DNA of 64,000 nucleotides from Orbicella franksi (Eukaryota): NCBI GenBank assembly GCA_964199315.1, contig OZ116698.1, positions 5,704,001 to 5,768,000 of the forward strand, read 5' to 3'. Shown piece by piece: positions 57,365 to 64,000 of this stretch (position 1 is its first letter; each line of letters starts with the position of its first letter). The notes under the pieces were generated by a model. It saw only the letters and a program-made list of their open reading frames with translations, ran no database searches and was not told where the DNA came from. The position numbers and the translations under genes were made by a program.

Positions 57365-57874
57365 ATGGACTCAACGGACGGAGTGAACAAACAAAAACTT
57401 CAGGATCTTCGTCGACAGTACCACAAAAACTGGTGGTGTCATCTACAACGATTTCAGTTTTTTAAAGGATGGAATGCTATTCTCAATGGTACAGCACTTC
57501 TCATCATGGCTCTGGCCATGCTCGTGGGTTCCGTCTGGGAAAACAGTTTTGCCATGATTGCTTTGACGACGGCTGGAACATTAGTAAAAGGATGGGCTGA
57601 TTTCAAAAAGTTTTCCAACAAAGTGGAAATGAGTAAATTTGCCTACACCACCTATGCCAAATGTTTGATCGAAATCGACACTTACATCAATGGTGTGGAA
57701 CTGAATGACCTACAAGCGTTTCTAACTAAAATGCAAACGATAGAGCATATTGTGATCGACATGGCACCACCTTTCACCCAAAAGTGTAGTCAAAAGTACG
57801 ACAAGCAAAATTTTACGAGTTTGTACCGAAGTGAAAATGGAAGTATCGATATAAGTGATAGTTCCAACGTTTAA
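57365..57874 (+). CDS. Two-TM SLATT-like membrane protein
   Basis: Two hydrophobic helices followed by F..F..K.E..K.A...Y.....EI. Confidence 0.6.
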   Translation: MDSTDGVNKQKLQDLRRQYHKNWWCHLQRFQFFKGWNAILNGTALLIMALAMLVGSVWENSFAMIALTTAGTLVKGWADFKKFSNKVEMSKFAYTTYAKCLIEIDTYINGVELNDLQAFLTKMQTIEHIVIDMAPPFTQKCSQKYDKQNFTSLYRSENGSIDISDSSNV

Positions 57875-57894
57875 TACGCCAATTACACATTACG

Positions 57895-58130
57895 ATGGTG
57901 AAGACAAGACGTAGAAAAAGTAGAGTGAGTAGGAAAAGAAAAAGAACCAAACGAAAACAAAAAGGGGTATCATTCCTTTAGCAGCAGCTATACCAGCACT
58001 CGTAGCAGCGGGAAAAGCAGCAACCATGGCTGGAATATCAGCAGGTGTAGGATTTGGAGTTCGTAAGGGTTTGGAACGAGCCACGAAACCTAAGAAACGC
58101 AAGCGAAATAAATACATGTACATTCCTTGA
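57895..58130 (+). pseudogene. Adenovirus pX (mu)-like core protein, -1 frameshift
   Basis: MVKTRRRKSRVSRKRKRTKRKQKG(G)-IIPLAAAIPALVAAGK; compare adenoviral pX MRGG-ILPLLIPLIAAAIG. Not in the ORF track. Confidence 0.75.
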
Positions 58131-58170
58131 TAGAACACATTCATGAGTTCCTACCAAAACAAGACACATC

Positions 58171-58848
58171 ATGGATCTTCAGTTTCAAGGGCATCGACAC
58201 TTGGACGATGTGACATCCAAGTACGAAAAGATCTACGAAAAATATGGTAAACCTAAAGGTAAAAGCAAGGGGAAAAAAACTGTCAAACCGAGTTCAACTC
58301 AGGTCAAGAAGAACCAACCACCAAAAAGACGAATCGCTCTTCAAACACTTCAACTAACTCCAGCCAGTGTCCTTAACACCGAGAACCAACCACCAAAAAG
58401 ACGAATCGCTCTTCAAACACTTCAACCAACTCCAGCCAGTGTCCTTAACACCGGCGAGTTACCACCCACAGTGACAACACGCAGGAAAGGCAAGAGAGCT
58501 CCCGTAAAGAAAGACGACAAAAAGAAACGAATGAAAAAGAGGCATTGGTATGAAGACAAATTCGGAGACATGAAGAAATTTGTCAAGAAACCTAAGAAAC
58601 CTTGAAAGAAAAGAAAATTCAAAAAGGGAACCAAAGGATTTAAACCCCTTGACAAACGAATCACTTTGTTGAGTCTGATTCGTAAAATACCAGCAGCTTC
58701 AGTTCCTCTGGTACGTTTGTTGAAAGTGGAAAGTATCGACGGAAGAGGAACCCTGTTGAGTCTAATGAAAAAAATACCCCAAGCCAAGTTGAAATTGAGG
58801 AGACTGATGTCAAAAACAGACCTGCGCAATATGATTATACCTAACTGA
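58171..58848 (+). pseudogene. Lys-rich viral protein with a 24-aa tandem duplication; one in-frame TGA at 58603
   Basis: ORFs 58171-58605 and 58666-58848 are in frame; 72-bp repeat at 58311-58453. Confidence 0.55.
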
Positions 58849-58892
58849 TAAAAGGGATTTTTCAACATTTACAATTTTCATTCTGTGCAACG

Positions 58893-59168
58893 ATGTCTTC
58901 GAAGAGGTTGATCTCGTTTTCAGAAGCAGTTAGGGATTTTGAATTAAAACCTAGACAGCGTATACAACGAATGGACATGTTTGTACTGAAGTTCCAGGAC
59001 TCAACTATAAAACAGAAAGAGTTAGATAGATTAGATGAGATTGTTCGCAAGCATCGGAGTGGTGAACAACCATTTGAGGAGAACTACATTGCCAGTGAGT
59101 TTCCACCCTCTGAGTGGAGGTACATGTTAAAAAGAGGTGTGGTTGTAGACGAAAGCAAGTGTCTTTGA
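58893..59168 (+). CDS. Viral hypothetical protein
   Basis: 91-aa ATG ORF in the array. Confidence 0.55.
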   Translation: MSSKRLISFSEAVRDFELKPRQRIQRMDMFVLKFQDSTIKQKELDRLDEIVRKHRSGEQPFEENYIASEFPPSEWRYMLKRGVVVDESKCL

Positions 59169-59171
59169 AAC

Positions 59172-59519
59172 ATGAGTCGTAGTCATTTTGTGACTCACCA
59201 TAATTTTTTGCATGGAATTTTGAAACAAGCTAATCAATACAAGCGACAAGTCATGTTAGAAAATGCCAACAAAGAACAGATCAATGCAGTCAGTGAAATG
59301 GTTTTGAACCTATTGAGTGGAATAATTCCTGTCAGTCGACCTGTCTATAAATCCCTTAAAAAGAAGGCAACAAAGTTGAGAGAACTGGGTAGTAGACAAA
59401 CCAGTTTGAAAAAGAGAAAGACAATACTATTGAATCATTTGAAGTCAAAACAGAAAGGTGGAAGTATCTTGTGGAGAGGTTTAACCAATTGCTACAACGT
59501 TTGTTGTGGTAGGAGATGA
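59172..59519 (+). CDS. Conserved Polinton small basic protein ending in QKGG plus a short tail
   Basis: INAVSEMVLNLLSGIIP...LKK....LREL......KRK.IL....QKGG. Confidence 0.75.
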   Translation: MSRSHFVTHHNFLHGILKQANQYKRQVMLENANKEQINAVSEMVLNLLSGIIPVSRPVYKSLKKKATKLRELGSRQTSLKKRKTILLNHLKSKQKGGSILWRGLTNCYNVCCGRR

Positions 59520-59887
59520 AGATGAGTTTAGAAATGTTTGTTAAACTGGTCAACTTATTAGAAGAGGCCAATCGTACCAACGATCACCTCCAAGAGGAAG
59601 TTAAAGAAAAAGAAGAGTTAGTACGTCAATGGCAAACAAAATACGAAAAACTCAATCAATTGTATTTAGCCAGGGAGTTTGACAAGGTTTGTTCAGACTG
59701 TCAACGTCTATCAGTGGAAACAGAACCTGGTGATACGATTACGTTGTGTCAAAACTGTTCAGTGAAAAAGAAGACCATCAGATCTCTCAAGATTAAACAA
59801 AAAGAAACAGAGGAAAAAGCTGCTTATTGGGAAGAACTCTTTCACACTGCTTCTCGTCATGAACGAAATGATCATGGTACCGACTAA
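59516..59887 (+). CDS. Coiled-coil viral protein with a CxxC...CxxC zinc ribbon
   Basis: CSDC...CQNC between heptad regions; ATGA overlap. Confidence 0.6.
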   Translation: MKMSLEMFVKLVNLLEEANRTNDHLQEEVKEKEELVRQWQTKYEKLNQLYLAREFDKVCSDCQRLSVETEPGDTITLCQNCSVKKKTIRSLKIKQKETEEKAAYWEELFHTASRHERNDHGTD

Positions 59888-60569
59888 AGACTTCGACAAT
59901 CTCACTCAATACTTCAAAGGACAAATTTCAGATAGTACTCTGTGAAACAAAGTGGGTAGAGTGGCTGCCAAAAAACATCTCATCCTAACGAGTAAGCAAA
60001 TTCCAGCTGCAACAGCTGTTAAGATGGCCAAACCATTAGCGAGACAGCAACGACGTTTGACCAAACGAATTCGTTTAGGACCCGGTCAGAGTACTGGAGG
60101 AAATGAACCCATCGACTTAGATAACAATGATGAAGGTATGGTGGAAGGGCCCTTGGAAAACATGTTGCGTAAGATCATCAAATGGTCTACAGTTAAAAAA
60201 GAACCACAAACTCCTCGTTCTACTGGTAGTTACAGTAAGGACAAGCGAAGTCTTCTTCCACACACTCCAGCCTCACGAATACCTGTGAGAACCTTAAAAT
60301 CTTCTCCTTACAAATCGTCTCCACCCACGACTCCAAAATCATCGCTTGGTAAAGAAGTCAAAAAGAAGGTTTTAAAAGCAGCGGGTGAGAGTTTGATGCA
60401 TTCACTTGGTCTACCTAGTACAAGTGGAACAACCTCAAAAGGAAAACAACCCAAGAAGAAACGTAAAACAGAGTTGGAAAAACTAGCTCCTTTACCTGGC
60501 TGGGAAAATTGGTACCCTCCCGGACATAAACTGAGAAAAGGTCTGCAGCGCGACTATGAAAGCAACTAA
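59868..60569 (+). pseudogene. Basic Pro/Ser-rich viral protein; one in-frame TGA at 59943
   Basis: MIMVPTKDFDNLTQYFKGQISDSTL*NKVGRVAAKKHLIL continues in frame into ORF 59952-60569. Confidence 0.6.
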
Positions 60570-60671
60570 AAAAAAAAGTCCTGAGTGGTCACTTGAAAAT
60601 CATCTAAAGGGAGAGTCACCAAAACAACTAAGAAGACAGGATCTAAGCGACAGGGATTCGACATTCAAAAA

Positions 60672-60953
60672 ATGATAGCTAAAACGGGAATTGAATTTCA
60701 TTGGCCTGGTTATCAGTACATGGGACCTGGAACACATCTGGAGAAGAGACTAAAGCGAGGGGACCCTGGCATAAATAGATTAGACAGAGTATCCAAACAA
60801 CATGACATCGACTACAGTAAAGCTAGAAACTTAGAGGACAAGCATAAGGCCGATGAAAAGATGATACGAAGCATCGACAAGTTTAAGAAAAAGAACTTGA
60901 CCGAGAGATTCATCAAGAAAGTCATGCAAACCAAGAAAATGTTAAATCTCTAA
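60672..60953 (+). CDS. Parvovirus VP1u-type phospholipase A2
   Basis: PGYQYMGPG (Ca-binding loop) and DRVSKQHDIDY (His-Asp catalytic pair). Confidence 0.88.
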   Translation: MIAKTGIEFHWPGYQYMGPGTHLEKRLKRGDPGINRLDRVSKQHDIDYSKARNLEDKHKADEKMIRSIDKFKKKNLTERFIKKVMQTKKMLNL

Positions 60954-60983
60954 GTCTATTTTTTATTGATCCCATAATGTAAG

Positions 60984-61205
60984 TTACACATTGTTATTAA
61001 ATGAGTTCAACACTGCATTAAAAAAACCTGCTTGTTCAAAAAACTGTTTTAGTGTGACCTCTTTTTTCATTTCAACCTTATCATAAAGAAAATTAGGATT
61101 ACCTAATGCTGCACCTTTCGGATAACCTTTCAGATATTTATCGTCTGCAGTTACGACCCCGACAAATTCTATACATTGTTCACATTTTTGATTACAAGTT
61201 CTCAC
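60984..61205 (-). CDS. Small viral hypothetical protein
   Basis: 73-aa ATG ORF, convergent with PLA2. Confidence 0.45.
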   Translation of the reverse strand: MRTCNQKCEQCIEFVGVVTADDKYLKGYPKGAALGNPNFLYDKVEMKKEVTLKQFFEQAGFFNAVLNSFNNNV

Positions 61206-61217
61206 TATAGCAGGTCT

Positions 61218-61775
61218 TTATTTACAAGAATCATCGACATCCATTTCTAAAAGTTCACTTAAAAAGTGAAAAACCGGATGAACTCCACCATTTTTTTGTC
61301 TTAATAGATATCTCGATTTCATCTCTCGTAGCATGGGTAAAATGTAACCCAAAGATAATCTACAAGCAATATCTTCCCAATCACCTGTCTCCTCTTCAGG
61401 TAAATCAAACAGAAAAAACAAACTCACATTGTAAATTCTATTACTAGTTTCACTTATAGCTAGAAGAGGATTGTCATTCTTCTTCAAAGCTTTTCTTACA
61501 CCCTTTCTTTCCAACCTTGTTATAGTAGGCGGTCTTGGATTCTTATACAAATCATAATGTCTCAAAAACGTTTTCTCAATTAACTTTGCTTGTTCAGGAG
61601 TAAATTTTTCGGTTCTTTTAACACTTTCTAAAACTTGAAGACGGTTTTTACAAACTGGACACATTGTACATAGGTCAATACACATTTCATGAATAGATGA
61701 AAAACAACATCCTGTACAATGCATTTTATCATCTTCAGCTGTAGAACTTTTTTTACAAACAATACAAGGTTCCAT
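61218..61775 (-). CDS. RING-like protein with a C-terminal helical domain
   Basis: CIVC...CCFSSIHEMC...CPVC. Confidence 0.7.
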   Translation of the reverse strand: MEPCIVCKKSSTAEDDKMHCTGCCFSSIHEMCIDLCTMCPVCKNRLQVLESVKRTEKFTPEQAKLIEKTFLRHYDLYKNPRPPTITRLERKGVRKALKKNDNPLLAISETSNRIYNVSLFFLFDLPEEETGDWEDIACRLSLGYILPMLREMKSRYLLRQKNGGVHPVFHFLSELLEMDVDDSCK

Positions 61776-62019
61776 CTAAAAATCAAAAATAAGAATTAAT
61801 GACAGTTGATTTCAAATGATATCGGTCATTTCATAACTTCTATTCATTTTTGTTTCACAGGGCATATTTAACTGTCTTGCCGCAAAACAAACGAGAAAAT
61901 ATCATCTGGTGAACGCAATACTATCCACAAATGTCAATAGGGTCAAATAAAAATCAGACAAACAGTTCTCTTTCTCGCTCTCCAACCAAAAATCGACAAT
62001 CTGTCTCAGTCTATTTAGT

Positions 62020-62220
62020 TCATTCCATTTTTTGTCGAGTAGCATACCTCTCCTTCAAATCAGTGTACAAGAAGTAAAATACGTATCCAGCAACTCCCCA
62101 GAAGAATACGGTTCGAGGTGTAGCCTCACCTGTGAGTCTGACAATAATTGGTAAATAAAGAATGTTAATCTTCAGTTCACTCGTACTCGGTCCAGTTCGT
62201 AGCAAGGTCAATTCTATCAT
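62020..62220 (-). CDS. Small protein with one predicted TM helix
   Basis: VFFWGVAGYVFYFLY hydrophobic segment. Confidence 0.4.
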   Translation of the reverse strand: MIELTLLRTGPSTSELKINILYLPIIVRLTGEATPRTVFFWGVAGYVFYFLYTDLKERYATRQKME

Positions 62221-62232
62221 TCTTCGTTGATG

Positions 62233-62418
62233 TTAACAACCAATTTTCTCTTCACCAAAACGTAGGCATTCACAAACTGGACACCTTCTGTTATTAAAAG
62301 GTAAATTTCTCTGTTTGTCGAGTTTACAGGACCAATGAAATACGCTCTCGCAACACTTACTCCTGTAAAAACATCCCAGACTCGCATTAACCCTCTCATG
62401 ACAAATGCTACATTTCAT
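62233..62418 (-). CDS. Minimal RING-like protein, 61 aa
   Basis: CSIC...CCESVFHWSC...CPVC. Confidence 0.65.
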   Translation of the reverse strand: MKCSICHERVNASLGCFYRSKCCESVFHWSCKLDKQRNLPFNNRRCPVCECLRFGEEKIGC

Positions 62419-62633
62419 AATGAATCAATTGAGACATCGATGATGAAACACTTTTCGACAACATGGTGTATGATCTTTCCAATGAGGAGTACACGGTTCA
62501 AGACATATCAAACAATCATTCGAAGCCATGACTTACCTCGAGTCGAGTCTACAGCACACAAACCAACGCATTAAGTTCTAAGAAATATATATGAGTCATC
62601 ACGTGCTTATCTACGTCACGGAAAAGCAGACTA

Positions 62634-62650
62634 GGGGATGGGGGTATCCC
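62634..62650. promoter_or_regulatory. Candidate viral divergent-promoter motif, copy 2 (upstream of pPolB)
   Basis: GGGGATGGGGGTATCCC; TGAGTCA at 62592 and CACGTG at 62600. Confidence 0.45.
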
Positions 62651-62777
62651 CCTCTTCACGTACTAAAAAATAAAAAATGGCGGGAAAATACATAAATTCA
62701 ACCGTAAAAGTCACTGTTCCTCACACCTCCTTGGTATGTATCTACTCCATTTTTATTTTGTTCACGTTTCGATTACA

Positions 62778-64000
62778 ATGAATGAGGAATTGGACTTTGA
62801 TTGGAGCGATAAGGAAGATAACCTCGCAAATCACGCTGATAAATTGGAAAACGGATTCGACTTTGTTTTGACTCCTCACTTAGACAGACGAGTGAGACAT
62901 CTAGGAGTGAGACATCGAAATTACACTGGAAGGTTGGTTCAACATGGAGGAGCACTTGATTTCAATGCCTCCATTCAGAGAATTCTACCTCAACAATTAG
63001 AAGAAGCTGTCAGACATAGCATCGAACAACAAGTCTTAAACGATCCAGAAGTTAAAGCCGATGATTATTTGTATGTCAACCTCAATTCTAATCGATTACA
63101 TCACGGCTACCATTCTCCCCGCATGAGAGTGAGTGACTGGACCAGAAACGGTTTGAGAGCAGCAGAAATGATGCAACAGATTTCGGCCATGCTAAACTCG
63201 AATGAAAATTTTCAATTGGACGATAGTTTTTCTATCCACATTTCTCACATTCGTAATCCCAGAAACGGTGGTACAGGAAAAAGAATTCGAAAAGGACAAT
63301 TGGTCATCGAAAAGATGTTAGATCTCAAGAGAAGTGTGGTGAAGATTAACAACCAAGACGAATTGTGTTGTGCCAGAGCCATAGTCACCATGATGTCACA
63401 CGCTGACCTTGGAACAAACCATCCCGATTACGTCAATCTCAGAAAAGGTCTTCCAATTCAAGAAAAAAAAGCCAGGGCCCTACATGAAACTGCAAAAGTC
63501 CCGATAGCGAGCTGTGGCATACCTGAAATCATCAAGTTCCAAGAGGTTTTACCCGATTACAGATTGGTCGTATTCTCTATCGATCAAAATTACAGGATCA
63601 TCTACAAGGGTGTCTACCAACCCCATCGAAAAGATGTCATTCTTATCAAAGTAGGAAAACATTATCACACATGTACCTCCCTGAAAGCTTTCATGGGAAG
63701 AAATCATTTCTGTTTGATATGCGAGAAAGGCTACGATCACGACGACATGAAATCCCACAGGTGCAATGGAAGAAAATGTGGATCCTGTTTTCAAATTGAG
63801 TGTGAAGACTATCACAAAGTTCAAAAGGGAGAGCGGGCCACCTACAAGTGTGGAAGATGTCAACGAAAATTCTTTGGAACCCATTGCTTGAGTAACCACA
63901 CCAAATTCAGTGAAGAAAACGGAAAAGAAGTAAACGAAACACGCAAAAGTGTCTGTAGCAGCAAAAGAAAATGCGGCAAGTGCATGCGAATGCTTCGTCC
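62778..64000 (+). CDS. polB: Protein-primed family B DNA polymerase, N-terminal part (terminal-protein region, vOTU-like protease, Cys-rich region); runs off the window
   Basis: Open frame from ATG 62778, absent from the ORF track: LNSNENFQLDDSF...KRSVVKINNQDELCCARAIV...KHYHTCTSLKAFMGRNHFCLICEKGY. Confidence 0.88.
   Translation, partial: MNEELDFDWSDKEDNLANHADKLENGFDFVLTPHLDRRVRHLGVRHRNYTGRLVQHGGALDFNASIQRILPQQLEEAVRHSIEQQVLNDPEVKADDYLYVNLNSNRLHHGYHSPRMRVSDWTRNGLRAAEMMQQISAMLNSNENFQLDDSFSIHISHIRNPRNGGTGKRIRKGQLVIEKMLDLKRSVVKINNQDELCCARAIVTMMSHADLGTNHPDYVNLRKGLPIQEKKARALHETAKVPIASCGIPEIIKFQEVLPDYRLVVFSIDQNYRIIYKGVYQPHRKDVILIKVGKHYHTCTSLKAFMGRNHFCLICEKGYDHDDMKSHRCNGRKCGSCFQIECEDYHKVQKGERATYKCGRCQRKFFGTHCLSNHTKFSEENGKEVNETRKSVCSSKRKCGKCMRMLR

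Larger units (their letters stand above)
35420..64000. mobile_element. Endogenous Polinton/Maverick (adintovirus-like) dsDNA virus; left boundary approximate, right end outside the window
   Basis: rve integrase, penton, double-jelly-roll MCP, adenain protease, FtsK/A32-like ATPase, pX-like proteins, PLA2 and pPolB, in a compact intronless array with ATGA stop/start overlaps. Confidence 0.95.

Noticed and set aside
5105-63899. Many short antisense or overlapping ORFs in the track (e.g. 5105-5341, 9643-9957, 20179-20430, 35825-36073, 54607-54846, 58422-58868, 63549-63899)
   Set aside because: They are shadows on the opposite strand or frame of recognised genes, with no motifs of their own.
1-64000. 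tRNA or rRNA genes
   Set aside because: No cloverleaf or rRNA-like segment recognised; the only tRNA-related sequences are the LTR primer-binding sites.

Overview
AT-rich eukaryotic DNA with spliceosomal introns, most likely from a marine invertebrate (a stony coral or other cnidarian is my inference from the repeat families). I found no intact host gene, rRNA, tRNA or CRISPR array. Positions 1-35.4 kb are a nested transposon graveyard: two Mutator-like remnants (one next to an NRF1-like DNA-binding exon), a piggyBac interrupted by a Tx1/L1 3' end, a RecQ-like helicase pseudogene interrupted by an RT-deleted Gypsy element, a CR1/L2 LINE with a 2A-like peptide, a Tx1 LINE interrupted by a complete ISL2EU transposon and a MITE, and a full BEL/Pao LTR element. 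From about 35.4 kb to beyond the window end lies a large endogenous Polinton/Maverick (adintovirus-like) dsDNA virus. Its core genes are integrase with chromodomain, penton, major capsid protein, adenain protease, packaging ATPase, pX-like core proteins, parvovirus-type PLA2 and the N-terminus of pPolB. It has an unusually rich accessory set: four C4HC3 RING-like ORFs, a zf-GRF protein, a DEDD/Maelstrom-like nuclease, a SLATT-like two-TM protein, an RS-rich protein, a paralogous ORF pair and a repeated promoter-like motif. Its capsid and ATPase genes are each split by a young LINE insertion. All family calls come from motif recognition by eye, not from database searches.
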